From an uncultured Acidimicrobiia bacterium (GTDB lineage Bacteria; Actinomycetota; Acidimicrobiia; Spongiisociales; UBA5794): DNA of 64,000 bases. Positions 1-10,031 of this stretch are shown in pieces (position 1 is the first letter of the stretch; every line of letters starts with the position of its first letter). The translations under genes were made by a program, and so were the position numbers. The stretch lies in NCBI GenBank assembly GCA_965368815.1, contig CBDUOH010000001.1, positions 33,087-97,086 of the forward strand, read 5' to 3'. The notes beneath the pieces are model-generated. The model was not told the DNA's origin. It made no database searches and was given only the letters and a program-made list of their open reading frames with translations.

Positions 1-185
1 CATCGTCGGTGTGTCGTGAGCCTAGACCGGACTTGCCCGTTCGCCGTGACGTGACAAACCGTCGCATCTGTGGTCACATGAATGCATTGCGTAGGTTTCC
101 GTCCCACTGTGGTGTGAGAGGGAGGGGTTCGTGCATGCGTCCGGAATGCCCGATATTGCGGTGTTCGATGCCTAGGGTTGCCGTC

Positions 186-2390
186 ATGAGACGATTTCTG
201 CTTGGAATCGGCTTGGTGGCGCTCGTCGTCACCCAGCTCACAATCGCTGGGGCCGAGGCGAACGACGCAGCCACGAGTCTTGCCAACTTCTCCGAGTCAC
301 GGGGGTGTGAACCCCATGAGGCGGGAGTCGTTCGCCCGTATGTCCAGCACACCGGAGCGATGCCGGCCTCTGAGCAGATCCTCGGCCCGTGGGGCGACAT
401 GTTCGGTCGGAATTCATACCAGGTCTCAGCTGCGATCGTGCCGTGGGCGCTTCCGGGGTCGAACAAGACCCTCTACGTGCACGAACGTGCTCTCCCGGCA
501 CTCGAGATCGCCGGCTCGTCACTTTCGAACCATCTCGCTGGTGGTGCCTGGTACTCGATCTACTCGGCGTTTGCCCGGAACTGGCGGACCGTTGGCGGCA
601 CCTACCGGCCCTCCGAACACGCCTTCGGGACCGCTTTCGACGTGAATCCTGCGGACAACCCGTACAGCCGGGACAACTACCTCCGAACCAATCTGCCTGC
701 CTGGTTCATCGATTCGTTCGTCAACGCCGGATTCTGCTGGGGCGGCGATTGGATCGATGTCAAGGATGCCATGCATTTCTCGTGGAGTGGCCCGGCGGAA
801 ACGCCGAACTATCCCTCCCGTCAGGCGCCGTTCCCCGCGTTGACGTCGGCCTCGGGTTTCGAAGGTCGCATCATCGGCTACCAATCCGCGGTGACATCGT
901 CCGGTGCCACATCGATGACCGTTGCCGACATGACGGGTGAAGGTGCGCCCGACATCGTCCGGATCTCAGGTTCGGGACTCGTCGAAGCGTCCGCAGCGGT
1001 CGGCGACTACCAACGGGTGGCGTATCGCGCCCAAGCAGGTTCGGGCTCGGCCGAAACCGTCGTCGGTGACTATGACCTGGACGGCGTCGCTGACGCCTGG
1101 ATGATCGACCGCTCGGGTTCGACGATCAAGCTTCGTATCTGGCGCGGCGTCACCGGTCTCGACTCCGAGATCGTGGTGAGCACCGGAGTGCCGTCCTCCA
1201 CGGGCAAGGTGTTGCTCGGCTACTACGACGGCGATTTCGTCCCCGACCTGTATGTCCGATCCGGCGGAGGCTTTTCGGTCTATCCGTCGTCGAGCAGCTA
1301 CTCGTCCCCGGTGGCGCAATATGCATTCGTGGGGGCGACGAACGACTCGTGGCACTTCGCAACGGGTGACGCAGACATGGACGGCAAGGCCGATGTGTAC
1401 GCGATCTCGAATGCGGGCGACCCGATCATGCACGTTCGTCTTGCGACCGGCAGCTATCAGACGTTCACACCTGCGGTGTCGATGGCCTCGGGTGACTTCT
1501 TCGAGATCGCCGATTACGACGGCGACGGACGTGACGACGTGTTCGCAATGTCAGGTTCGAAGCTGACGATCCTCCTCGGCGGGAACTCGAGCGGGAGTGC
1601 TGACCGCTGGTTCCAGACGGCGTCGACGCTGCCTCCCGATGCCGGGCCGAAGTGCGACGACCCCGGTCAGTGTGATTCGATCGGACACGTTGATGCGGGA
1701 GGGGTGTGGAGCCTTGCGGACAGCCCCGGTTTCAACGCCACCACAACCGACTTCTACTACGGCAACCCGGGAGATGAGCCATTCACAGGGGACTGGGACT
1801 GTGATGGGGACGAGACGCCGGGCCTGTATCGCCGGTCCGATGGGTTCGTCTACCTTCGCCAGTCGAATACCGAAGGTGTCGCGGATCTGGAGTTCTACTT
1901 CGGCAACCCGGGGGACAAGCCGCTCGTCGGCGACTTCAATGGCGACGGCTGCGACACGGTCAGCCTGTATCGGCCCTCTGAGCACCGCATCTACATCATC
2001 AATGATCTCGGCGAGGACGGCAAGGGACTCGGTGCCGCTGATTTCCACTACACCTTCGGCGATACCGGTGATGTACCGTTCGTCGGCGACTTCGATGGCG
2101 ACGGGATCGACGAGGTGGCCCTCCGTCGCCCGTCGACCGGCAAGATCCTTCTCAAGTGGGAGTTGTCCGCCGGCAACGCCGACTATCAGTTCATCTACGG
2201 TCAGACCGGTGATGTTCCGGTCGCAGGTGACTGGAACGGGGACGGGGTCGATACGGTTGCCGTGTATCGGCCGTCGAACGGCAACTGGTACATCCGCATC
2301 AACAACTCCGGCGGCGCAGCTGACCACGTCGTGCACATGAAGGCATCGGGGTCGGTCTCGTTGCCTGTCGTCGGCGTCTTCGGACTCTGA
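186..2390 (+). CDS. Secreted multidomain wall enzyme: M15-family (VanY/hedgehog-DD-peptidase fold) zinc peptidase + FG-GAP/VCBS-like repeats + C-terminal four-repeat GNPGD module
   Basis: ORF 9..2390. Start moved to ATG 186, where MRRFLLGIGLVALVVTQLTIAGAEA looks like a signal peptide. SEHAFGTAFD and DAMHFSW fit the M15 H-x-D ... H zinc-ligand pattern. About five DxDGxxD FG-GAP-like repeats follow (e.g. GDYDLDGVADAW, GDADMDGKADVY, ADYDGDGRDDVF). Four F[YF]xGNPGDxPxxGD[WF][DN]GDG repeats sit at the C-terminus. Confidence 0.85.
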   Translation: MRRFLLGIGLVALVVTQLTIAGAEANDAATSLANFSESRGCEPHEAGVVRPYVQHTGAMPASEQILGPWGDMFGRNSYQVSAAIVPWALPGSNKTLYVHERALPALEIAGSSLSNHLAGGAWYSIYSAFARNWRTVGGTYRPSEHAFGTAFDVNPADNPYSRDNYLRTNLPAWFIDSFVNAGFCWGGDWIDVKDAMHFSWSGPAETPNYPSRQAPFPALTSASGFEGRIIGYQSAVTSSGATSMTVADMTGEGAPDIVRISGSGLVEASAAVGDYQRVAYRAQAGSGSAETVVGDYDLDGVADAWMIDRSGSTIKLRIWRGVTGLDSEIVVSTGVPSSTGKVLLGYYDGDFVPDLYVRSGGGFSVYPSSSSYSSPVAQYAFVGATNDSWHFATGDADMDGKADVYAISNAGDPIMHVRLATGSYQTFTPAVSMASGDFFEIADYDGDGRDDVFAMSGSKLTILLGGNSSGSADRWFQTASTLPPDAGPKCDDPGQCDSIGHVDAGGVWSLADSPGFNATTTDFYYGNPGDEPFTGDWDCDGDETPGLYRRSDGFVYLRQSNTEGVADLEFYFGNPGDKPLVGDFNGDGCDTVSLYRPSEHRIYIINDLGEDGKGLGAADFHYTFGDTGDVPFVGDFDGDGIDEVALRRPSTGKILLKWELSAGNADYQFIYGQTGDVPVAGDWNGDGVDTVAVYRPSNGNWYIRINNSGGAADHVVHMKASGSVSLPVVGVFGL
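1751..2330 (+). repeat. Four-repeat GNPGD / GDWDGDG (FG-GAP-like) module, copy 1 of 6 in the window
   Basis: FYYGNPGDEPFTGDWDCDGDETPGLYRRSDGFVYLR, FYFGNPGDKPLVGDFNGDGCDTVSLYRPSEHRIYIINDLG, YTFGDTGDVPFVGDFDGDGIDEVALRR, FIYGQTGDVPVAGDWNGDGVDTVAVYRPS. The repeat order matches the paralogs at 32.4, 33.7, 35.1 and 35.9 kb. Confidence 0.85.
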
Positions 2391-2429
2391 CCGGCGAACA
2401 CGGACCGTGGAAGTTCGGCGCTACCATCA

Positions 2430-2451
2430 CGCCTGCCTGATCGGGCAGGCG
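2430..2451 (+). terminator. Possible stem-loop terminator after the first gene (no U-tract)
   Basis: Perfect 8-bp GC-rich inverted repeat cgcctgcc / ggcaggcg with a 6-nt loop, 40 nt after the stop at 2390. No T-run follows, so this is only a candidate. Confidence 0.3.
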
Positions 2452-2537
2452 GCTCGCCGTGGCAGTAACACGGGAGTCCAATCGCCGGTCCACCAGGCAC
2501 CGGTCGACAATGGGGCCGCACGAGGACGGGATGGGTT

Positions 2538-3707
2538 GTGACGATGCGATGGCTGTCAGCGCTCGTCCGACGCTTGCCTCGCCCGTGGGTTCGCGCACTC
2601 AAACGGATTCCCTGGCTCAGATCGATTCGGGATCGACTCTACGGTGAGCCTCGGATCGATGGTCCGCCATCAGGTTCCCTACGGGCCATCGTGTATCTCC
2701 CGACCTGGGCCCGTTGGGACGACATGCGTCAGCGCCCGCAGTACCTCGTTCAGGCTTTTGCGAAAGCCGGCCACGACACCTATTTCGTCGACGGCAGCGA
2801 GCCGAAGCCTCGCTTCGTCGATGGAGTCCACATCGTCCCCTCGTTGCGACACGTTCCTTCCGCCGGTGTGATCCTGTACGTGCATTTTGCGCCGGTACGG
2901 AGTCTGTTCGACTCGTTCGACGACCCTGTGATCGTGTATGACATCCTTGACGACCTTTCGATCTATGACGCTGACGAGGCGGGGCTCCCCGAGGAGCGCC
3001 GCGTCCGGGCACATCACCCCTTGGTCATGGACCGTGCCGATGTCGTGACCGCGTCCGCGCCGCTCCTGGTTGAACGACACCTCGGGGAACGATCCGACAT
3101 CCTGTTCGTCGAGAACGGGGTCGACGTCGCTGCCTTCACAACCAGCGCGGCTCCGCCCGAGGTGTTCACGGACATCCCGCGACCTGTCGCCGGCTACCAC
3201 GGGATGATGTCGAGGTGGTTCGACTTCGATCTCGTCGCCGAGACTGCACGGCTTCTTCCCGAGGTTTCTTTCGTGCTGGTCGGGCCGGTCGATCTTGGGT
3301 CACGAGCAGCGATGGATCGACTTGTGTCGCTCGGGAATGTGTTCGAGACCGGACCCATGCCGAGCGACACCATGCCCGGCGTGGTGCAGGGTTTCGATGT
3401 CGGACTGGTTCCGTTCGTCGTCGACGACATGACACGAGCCGTGAGCCCGCTCAAGATGTTCGAGTACCTTGCCGCTGGAATCGGAGTCGTGGCATCTCCA
3501 CTACCGGTGTGCGTTGATCATCCGCTCGTGACGGTCGCACCGGATGCGGCATCGTTTGCGTCGGCTGTCGTCGAGGGTCTGGAATCGAGGAACGATCCGG
3601 CGGCATCTGCCGAGCGTCGATCGGCTGCCGAGGCTGCGGATTGGAGTGCTCGGATTGCGCCGGTTCGTGCTCGTTTGGCGGACCTCGACCGACTGCGGGT
3701 GCCATGA
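2538..3707 (+). CDS. GT-B glycosyltransferase (GT4/TuaH-like)
   Basis: GTG 2538 (alternative ATG 2544). The C-terminal SPLKMFEYLAAGIGVVASPLP resembles the GT-B nucleotide-sugar binding helix. It is a paralog of the C-terminal half of 6280..7890 (YHG..W.D.. / VGLVPF / SPLK.[FY]EYLA.G). Confidence 0.8.
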   Translation: MTMRWLSALVRRLPRPWVRALKRIPWLRSIRDRLYGEPRIDGPPSGSLRAIVYLPTWARWDDMRQRPQYLVQAFAKAGHDTYFVDGSEPKPRFVDGVHIVPSLRHVPSAGVILYVHFAPVRSLFDSFDDPVIVYDILDDLSIYDADEAGLPEERRVRAHHPLVMDRADVVTASAPLLVERHLGERSDILFVENGVDVAAFTTSAAPPEVFTDIPRPVAGYHGMMSRWFDFDLVAETARLLPEVSFVLVGPVDLGSRAAMDRLVSLGNVFETGPMPSDTMPGVVQGFDVGLVPFVVDDMTRAVSPLKMFEYLAAGIGVVASPLPVCVDHPLVTVAPDAASFASAVVEGLESRNDPAASAERRSAAEAADWSARIAPVRARLADLDRLRVP

Positions 3708-6283
3708 CGCGGCACCTCGCTTTCGTCACCACCGAACTGGCGCCGTACACACGCGGCGGAGCGGGGGTTCTGGTTTCCACGCTTGCGTCGGAGCTCCGTG
3801 CCACCGGCAACCGTGTGTCAGTGGTGTTGTGTGCCGAGCTCCGGACCCCGACCGACGATCCGGACGTGATTGTCGCCGACAGCCTTCTTGCGCCGGGTTG
3901 GGACTTCGGATTCATGGATCTGTCGATGGCGGCTGCCGAGACCCTTTCCGCGCTGCACCGGTCCGATCCACTCGACGAAGTCGAGATGCAGGACTTCGAT
4001 GGGATCGGTTTCTGGACCTTGACGCACCGCTCGGACCTTGGTCTCGCCGACGTGCCGTTGTCGGTTCGCGTACACGGTCCGACCGGTCTTCAGACGATGG
4101 CCATGGGCGCGTCCACGTTCGACCTTGATGTGGTCGCCGCGATGGAGGCCGAGACCCTGCGCATGGCTGACCGGGTGGTTGTGCCAAGCGGCGGCATCGG
4201 CAGGCTGGTCGTCGATCATTACAACCTCGATCCCGAGCGCATCGCGATCGGAGCCCCGATTGTGCGTCAGCCGGTCATCGACGCCAGGTGGCGCCCCGGA
4301 GGTGCAGAGTTCCTCGTCATCGGAAGGCTGTCGGAGGTCAAGGGATCGCACGACATGATCGCAGCCGCCGTGCCGGTCCTGCGCTCCCACGGATCTGCGT
4401 CGGTCGCGTTCGTCGGCGACGATGGCTGGAGCGTTTCGGCGAACCAGCCGATGTCGGCTTGGCTCGCAGCGATGATCCCGGACGATGTCAGGGATCGGAT
4501 CACCTTTGAGCCCTTCATCGACCACCCTGCCCTGTGCGACAGGATCGCCAGATGTCACGCTGTCGTGGTGCCAAGCCGGTTCGAGACATTCAATCTCGCT
4601 GCGCACGAGGCGCGCGTCATCGGGGCGCCGGTCATCGTTCCGTCGATTCCCGCGTTCACTGACGTATTCACCGACGGTGACGGCGTCCGCTTCTTCGAAC
4701 AGGGGAGGAGCTCGTTGACGGAGGTACTGGATTCGTTCGCCTCAGATCCCGGTTTGGCGGCCGAAGTCGCTGCCGGTGGCGTGCCGCGCCCCGGAGAGCC
4801 GCTGGCACCGTATCTGAGCATGGCTCAGGTGAGGCACGTCCGCAGTCAGGGAGGTGTCGCGACCGCCGCCCTCGCGCGCGTGGAAGCGATACGGTTCGCC
4901 GATCGAACCGATCCCAGCGGGCTATGGCGTTCGCTTGTGGCCAGGATGCCGACGGGTGCCATCGCTGCCGTCAAGCGGGTCGTTCCCCGATCGTTGAAGG
5001 ACTGGGTCAAGCGTCGGGCCGGATGGGACAGTCTCGCGGAACAACGAAGGTGGGATGCAAGGTGGGCGGGCCTCCGAGCCGCGGTTGCCACAGGTCGTTG
5101 GAATCCTGTCGGACGACCGAGGGTGTCGGTCGTCATCCCCTGTTTCAACCAGGGTGGCTTCCTGCATCAGGCCATCCTGTCGGTATTCGACCAGACCTTC
5201 ACGGACTTCGAGATAGTCATCGTCGATGACGGGTCCACCGATCCGTCAACGGTGGCCGTGATCGATGCACTCGACCTGCCACGGGTCAGCGTCATCCGTC
5301 AGGAGAATGGAGGACTACCGAACGCCCGCAACACAGGGATCCGTGCAAGCGTCGGAGAGTATGTGGTGACACTCGATGCCGACGACATGCTCGCAGAGAC
5401 CTACCTCGAAGAGCTGGCTGCGGTCCTGGACCGGGCGCCGAACGCTGGATACGCGCATTGTTGGGCCGAGCTGTTCGGTGACTTCCAAGCGGTGTGGGCA
5501 ACCCGACCGCCGAATCCGTATCAGCTGCTCTTGTCGAACAGCGTTGTGGGATGTGTCATGCTCCGACGGTCGGCCTGGGAGGACGCGGGCGGATACGACG
5601 AGTCGATGGTGCACGGCAACGAGGACTGGGATCTTTGGATCAGGCTATCGGCTGCGGGCTGGGGGAGCGTGCAGGTTGAGAAACCTCTCTTTCGCTATCG
5701 GAAGCACGGTGTGTCGATGAGTGTCGAAACCGAGGGCGACTACGAGTCAGCCATTCGTGCCCTCCCCGAGCGCCTCCCGAGCGTCTACAACGCCGAGTAC
5801 ATGGTCGCAACGAAGTCGGAGCACTACCCACTGGTGACGGTCATCGGATCGGTTGCGGCGTCCGGTTTCCGCCACGCCGTGGGAGACGATCACCAACATC
5901 TCGAGATTGAGGTCGACGAATTGGCATCGCTCCAGGATGCAATCCACGGCAAGTACGTTGTGGCATGGCCGGCCGATGCCTCGGCGGACGACGACGTCGT
6001 TGTTGAGCTGTGTCGGTATCTCGAGGCTCATCCGGATATCGGCGCCGTGCGCACGCAACGGTCGAATCCCTTGACCGTTGTGCGGACGTGGTCACTCAAG
6101 GACCCCGCAGCACCATCGGAAGTCGCCACCATCGATGTCGCCGGCACGGCGTCGGTGTCGCTCGGGATCGGGCAGTTGCCCGATCCCGCCTGGCATGTTC
6201 CCGCAGAGCTCGGTGGTCTCCCCGTCCAACGCCAACGGCCCGAAGAAGCCGGCATGATCCCAGCATGGGTGTTGGGTCGATGA
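3704..6283 (+). CDS. Fused dual glycosyltransferase (N-terminal GT4-like GT-B + GT2 GT-A) with an uncharacterised ~200-aa C-terminal region
   Basis: ATG 3704 overlaps the upstream stop (ATGA). N-terminus MTRHLAFVTTELAPYTRGGAGV is a GT4-type start. The later RVSVVIPCFNQGGFLHQAILSVFDQTFTDFEIVIVDDGSTD and LDADD are GT2 signatures. Confidence 0.85.
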   Translation: MTRHLAFVTTELAPYTRGGAGVLVSTLASELRATGNRVSVVLCAELRTPTDDPDVIVADSLLAPGWDFGFMDLSMAAAETLSALHRSDPLDEVEMQDFDGIGFWTLTHRSDLGLADVPLSVRVHGPTGLQTMAMGASTFDLDVVAAMEAETLRMADRVVVPSGGIGRLVVDHYNLDPERIAIGAPIVRQPVIDARWRPGGAEFLVIGRLSEVKGSHDMIAAAVPVLRSHGSASVAFVGDDGWSVSANQPMSAWLAAMIPDDVRDRITFEPFIDHPALCDRIARCHAVVVPSRFETFNLAAHEARVIGAPVIVPSIPAFTDVFTDGDGVRFFEQGRSSLTEVLDSFASDPGLAAEVAAGGVPRPGEPLAPYLSMAQVRHVRSQGGVATAALARVEAIRFADRTDPSGLWRSLVARMPTGAIAAVKRVVPRSLKDWVKRRAGWDSLAEQRRWDARWAGLRAAVATGRWNPVGRPRVSVVIPCFNQGGFLHQAILSVFDQTFTDFEIVIVDDGSTDPSTVAVIDALDLPRVSVIRQENGGLPNARNTGIRASVGEYVVTLDADDMLAETYLEELAAVLDRAPNAGYAHCWAELFGDFQAVWATRPPNPYQLLLSNSVVGCVMLRRSAWEDAGGYDESMVHGNEDWDLWIRLSAAGWGSVQVEKPLFRYRKHGVSMSVETEGDYESAIRALPERLPSVYNAEYMVATKSEHYPLVTVIGSVAASGFRHAVGDDHQHLEIEVDELASLQDAIHGKYVVAWPADASADDDVVVELCRYLEAHPDIGAVRTQRSNPLTVVRTWSLKDPAAPSEVATIDVAGTASVSLGIGQLPDPAWHVPAELGGLPVQRQRPEEAGMIPAWVLGR

Positions 6284-7890
6284 TGCGAACCGTCCTCATG
6301 CAACTCAAGCGAGTCGTTCGGCGATTCATCCCCGACCGGGTCATGGCGCGGATACGCAGGAGCGAGCACTCACGTGCCGTGCGGCGCAATGTGGATCTGT
6401 ACGTTGTGGACCCGGTGTCGGCTCGGCGTTGGGTCAAGCTCACGCCCGATACATACCGGGTCATCTCGACCGTCCCGCCCGAATCGGTCAGTGGGGTCGA
6501 TGTCGTCACCGCCGGACCGCCCGACACCGAACTCGCCCGCTATCTCGGTTGGCACGGTTCCGACGTCGTGGTGCGCGGCAGCGTCGGGCGACCGGGCATG
6601 CGTGGGATGAGGGTGGTGGAACCGCCGATTGTGCCGATCACTGCCGTCACCTCTCCGAGGATTGCCGATACCTTGCCACCAGAAGCTGCCGAATCGCCGG
6701 CATCAATGCTGTCGATCGCTTCGGCCGCAGGTCTACGAATCGGCGTGATCCCGGAGGTCGTCGCCGACCTTTCGCTGCCCATCACGCAGATTGCGGGCGC
6801 CCATGTTGTGATATTCGCAGCGGTTCCGCTGCACGACATCGGTGGGGGCAGCAGGGCCGCCCAGATCGCGATCGAGCTGTTGCGTCGTGGCTATGGCGTG
6901 ACGTACGTCTACCGGTATCCGACTGTGGAAAGTGGCGACCTCGGGCTCCGGTTCGTCCACCCGGATCTGGCAGAGGTCGATGTTGCGGTGTTCGAGCCAG
7001 GGCTGATCCGGCGCGCCAACGGCGACGCCATCGTGATCGTGGAGGCACCCATCGCCGAGTTCGTTTCGCCCGTCGAGCGTCTTGCGTCCGAGGGCTGGAC
7101 TGTCGTGTACGACGTGATCGATGACTGGACCGATGTTGCCCTTGGTGGTGATTGGTACCGCAGAGACGCAGAGCAGAGGCTTGTGGACGCTTCCACGGGG
7201 ATCACATGTTCCGCGGACGATCTGACCGCTCACATCGCCACATTCGGTCGGGAGGCCGTCGTGGTGCCCAACGCAGTGAACGAATCCATATTCGGTGTCG
7301 CAGAACCACAGAGTCGCCCGAGTGACCTACCCACAGGGCCGGTCCTGGGCTACCACGGGTCGCTCTATGGCGAGTGGTTCGACTGGGGAGCTCTCGAGTC
7401 AGTCGCCGCGGCGTTCCCTGATCATGTGGTTGCGGTCATCGGCGACGCACGCGGGGTGCCGAAGGTTTCGGCCGACAACATCGTGTTTCTCGGACTCAAG
7501 CGTCAGAGCGAGTTGCCGGCCTATCTGCAGTCGTTCGAGGTCGGACTTGTGCCTTTCGAGGTCAGCAATCTGACCCACACGGTTTCGCCGCTCAAGATCT
7601 ACGAATACCTTGCGAGCGGGGTTCCTGTCGCGGCTCCGCCGCTGCGCCCCCTCAAAGGTCTCGACGGCGTGTACCTGGATCCTCATCTTCCGACGGCCGT
7701 TGCCAAGGCCATCGAAGGGGGCCCTCCGGACCGGAACGTGGCGCTGAGGGACCACACGTGGGGTGCGAGACTTGCGATCATGTTCCGACACATCGATAGA
7801 CAGCTCCAGCCGATCGACAATGACGGAGTCACGACCGCCGTGCGGTTGCCCGTCCGGTATGGCAAAGCCGAACGGTGGATCAGGGCATGA
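6280..7890 (+). CDS. GT-B glycosyltransferase (TuaH-like) with ~170-aa N-terminal extension
   Basis: ATG 6280 overlaps the upstream stop by 4 nt. C-terminal motifs GYHGSLYGEWFDW, VGLVPF and SPLKIYEYLASGVPVAAPPL are paralogous to 2538..3707. Confidence 0.75.
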   Translation: MMRTVLMQLKRVVRRFIPDRVMARIRRSEHSRAVRRNVDLYVVDPVSARRWVKLTPDTYRVISTVPPESVSGVDVVTAGPPDTELARYLGWHGSDVVVRGSVGRPGMRGMRVVEPPIVPITAVTSPRIADTLPPEAAESPASMLSIASAAGLRIGVIPEVVADLSLPITQIAGAHVVIFAAVPLHDIGGGSRAAQIAIELLRRGYGVTYVYRYPTVESGDLGLRFVHPDLAEVDVAVFEPGLIRRANGDAIVIVEAPIAEFVSPVERLASEGWTVVYDVIDDWTDVALGGDWYRRDAEQRLVDASTGITCSADDLTAHIATFGREAVVVPNAVNESIFGVAEPQSRPSDLPTGPVLGYHGSLYGEWFDWGALESVAAAFPDHVVAVIGDARGVPKVSADNIVFLGLKRQSELPAYLQSFEVGLVPFEVSNLTHTVSPLKIYEYLASGVPVAAPPLRPLKGLDGVYLDPHLPTAVAKAIEGGPPDRNVALRDHTWGARLAIMFRHIDRQLQPIDNDGVTTAVRLPVRYGKAERWIRA

Positions 7891-7899
7891 GCGAGGCGG

Positions 7900-8889
7900 T
7901 CACGCCGAACGCCCGGTGAACGCCTTCCAGCGGTAGGCGCTGTCCGCGTCCGTTCGGTCCAGGCTCGCGTTGGCACGGTCGATCGCCTCGGTGCGATTGT
8001 CCAACAATTCTGTCGCCTGGCCGGCGATCGCCGACGGGTCGTCCGCCCGTGTCAGTGTGGTCAGCGCCATGAGTTCCTGATCGTCCGTGAACAGAGCCGA
8101 CGTCCTCGACATGAGGCAAGGAACCCCGAGCCGGTACGACTCCATCGGCATCATGGGGTGGCATTCGGACAGCGTCACGTTGAAGCTGATGTCCATGGCC
8201 GCTTGGGTTCTGAAATAGGTGCTGCGATCGAGCTCACCGTGGACCACGATCCGATCCCTCGGCAGGTAGTCGGCACCGGGGTCGCCCATGACATGGGGCC
8301 GCCACCCGTTGCCGAGAGCGGCGAGGACCTGTGTCGTGACATTCTTGCGCCACAACGGGTGCAGGAAGATCCCCACGTTCGTGCCGTCGGGCACCTCGAT
8401 CGGCGCAACCGCATCGATGACGGGCACCCGGTTCGGCGTGTAGTGGATGGTGTGTCCGATCGATGCGAAGGCATCCACGAGTCCTGATTTGACAGTGCCG
8501 ATACGAGCGACGCGTCCTTCGTCGCTGAGCCGCATCATCGATGTGACCGCTTCCGCCTCCCCGCCATCAACACCGTGCTGCGCCGGTGAGGAGTGGAACA
8601 CGGTCAGGACCTCGATACCGACCTGCGAAGCTGCAGAGGCAAAGGCCTCGGCTCCGGGTGGCCAGCCCTGGATGACGGCGCATGACACGCCTGCGCCGAC
8701 GAGAGCATCGACATGCGGTGCGAGCATCCCGAGGTCCTCCGCCTCGATCACCGGATCACCGAATGCGTGTGTTGATGCTCGCACTCCTCGCCAGTGGGGA
8801 TGGCACAGCTGAAGGATTCCGTCACGAATCGTCGGGATGTCCGGTGGTCCAGCCAGTTCCGGGGTCGGGCGCCGCAACCGCCGTCTCAC
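7900..8889 (-). CDS. Probable GT-B-fold glycosyltransferase (weak assignment)
   Basis: GTG start overlaps the wecB stop (GTGA). The C-terminal SECHPMMPMESYRLGVPCLMS resembles the E-x7-E helix region of GT4 enzymes. There are no other strong motifs. Confidence 0.55.
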   Translation of the reverse strand: MRRRLRRPTPELAGPPDIPTIRDGILQLCHPHWRGVRASTHAFGDPVIEAEDLGMLAPHVDALVGAGVSCAVIQGWPPGAEAFASAASQVGIEVLTVFHSSPAQHGVDGGEAEAVTSMMRLSDEGRVARIGTVKSGLVDAFASIGHTIHYTPNRVPVIDAVAPIEVPDGTNVGIFLHPLWRKNVTTQVLAALGNGWRPHVMGDPGADYLPRDRIVVHGELDRSTYFRTQAAMDISFNVTLSECHPMMPMESYRLGVPCLMSRTSALFTDDQELMALTTLTRADDPSAIAGQATELLDNRTEAIDRANASLDRTDADSAYRWKAFTGRSA

Positions 8890-9995
8890 AGCTGCTCCCC
8901 GATGAGGTCGTTGATGGCCCTCACAGCGCGCGCTGGCGACTCTCGATCACCATACGGACTCGGCAGTGACCCGAGGTACTCAGTGCGCTCGGGCGCCATC
9001 TTCCACGCCTTGTGAAGATCGGCAGCGAGGTCGTCGGAAACCTCGAGCCGAGTGACGAACGTCCCTTCGACCTCCTGGCGTTCGGTGGAACGTCGGACGA
9101 CGACCGCAGGCTTCTTGTACACCGACACTTCTTCCTGTACTCCGCCGGAATCCGAAACGATCAGCCCGGCACCGGCACCCAGCCCGATGAAATCGCGGTA
9201 GCCGATCGGATCGACGATGGTGAGGTGATCGGTGTCGATCGAAAGCCCGAACTGCTCGATGCGGTTCTGCGTCCTGGGATGGAGCGGGAGAAGGACCGGA
9301 GCGCCCATCTGATTGATGGCTTCGATCAAGGTGCGGAGCGTCGTCGGATCGTCGACATTCTCGGGGCGGTGGAACGTGGCGAGCACATAGGCATCAGGCT
9401 CGATTCCGTAGCGGGCCCGTGTGACGGCCCGCTCATCGTCCGTGGGCATCAGCCGCAGGACCGCCTCGACGATCGGATTGCCCACAAGAACGACTCGATC
9501 GCCGGTGATACCTTCGTTGGCGAGGTGTTCCACGTTCAGCGGAGTCGCGGCAAGACACAGATCGGACAGATGGTCAGCAATCACGCGATTGTGTTCCTCA
9601 GGCATGCGCCGGTCGAAGGAACGGAGCCCGGCCTCGACATGGACGAGCGGTATCCCGCGTGAGTTGGCCGCCATCGCGCCAGCGGCAACGGCGTTCGTAT
9701 CGCCCTGGACGATCACGGCTGCAGGCTCGATATCCCCGAACAGTGTGTCGAGCGCGGACACGCCGTTTCCGATCTGTTGGCCCCGCGTCAGGCCGCCCAC
9801 GTCCAGGTGCCTGTCGGGTGTACGCATGTTGAACTCGGTGAAGAAGTCCTGGGACAAGGTCGGGTCGTAGTGCTGGCCGGTGTGCACGACATAGGCCGCG
9901 TCGCCAAGAAGTTCGGTGATCTTGGCGAGCTTGATGATTTCTGGCCTGGTTCCCAGCACGACGGCAATGCGCCGCGGATCAGTCGAATGAGACAT
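8886..9995 (-). CDS. wecB: UDP-N-acetylglucosamine 2-epimerase (non-hydrolysing)
   Basis: Start moved to ATG 9995 (MSHSTDPRRIAVVLGTRPEIIKLAKI is a typical WecB/MnaA N-terminus). HRPENVD, QGDTN and SDSGGVQEE motifs are present. Confidence 0.9.
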   Translation of the reverse strand: MSHSTDPRRIAVVLGTRPEIIKLAKITELLGDAAYVVHTGQHYDPTLSQDFFTEFNMRTPDRHLDVGGLTRGQQIGNGVSALDTLFGDIEPAAVIVQGDTNAVAAGAMAANSRGIPLVHVEAGLRSFDRRMPEEHNRVIADHLSDLCLAATPLNVEHLANEGITGDRVVLVGNPIVEAVLRLMPTDDERAVTRARYGIEPDAYVLATFHRPENVDDPTTLRTLIEAINQMGAPVLLPLHPRTQNRIEQFGLSIDTDHLTIVDPIGYRDFIGLGAGAGLIVSDSGGVQEEVSVYKKPAVVVRRSTERQEVEGTFVTRLEVSDDLAADLHKAWKMAPERTEYLGSLPSPYGDRESPARAVRAINDLIGEQL

Positions 9996-10031
9996 GTGAT
10001 TCGCCGATGGTCGAGGGCTACGCTGCGGCGC

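Noticed and set aside
9-185. N-terminal extension of the first ORF (MCREPRPDLPVRRD...). Many track ORFs have similar upstream extensions, e.g. 3641-3703, 6010-6279, 9996-10178, 26053-26265, 31181-31294, 49245-49331 and 57274-57771.
   Set aside because: The extensions are Arg/Pro/Cys-rich, often overlap the neighbouring gene, and precede an internal Met that gives a proper signal peptide, Rossmann start or stop-start overlap.
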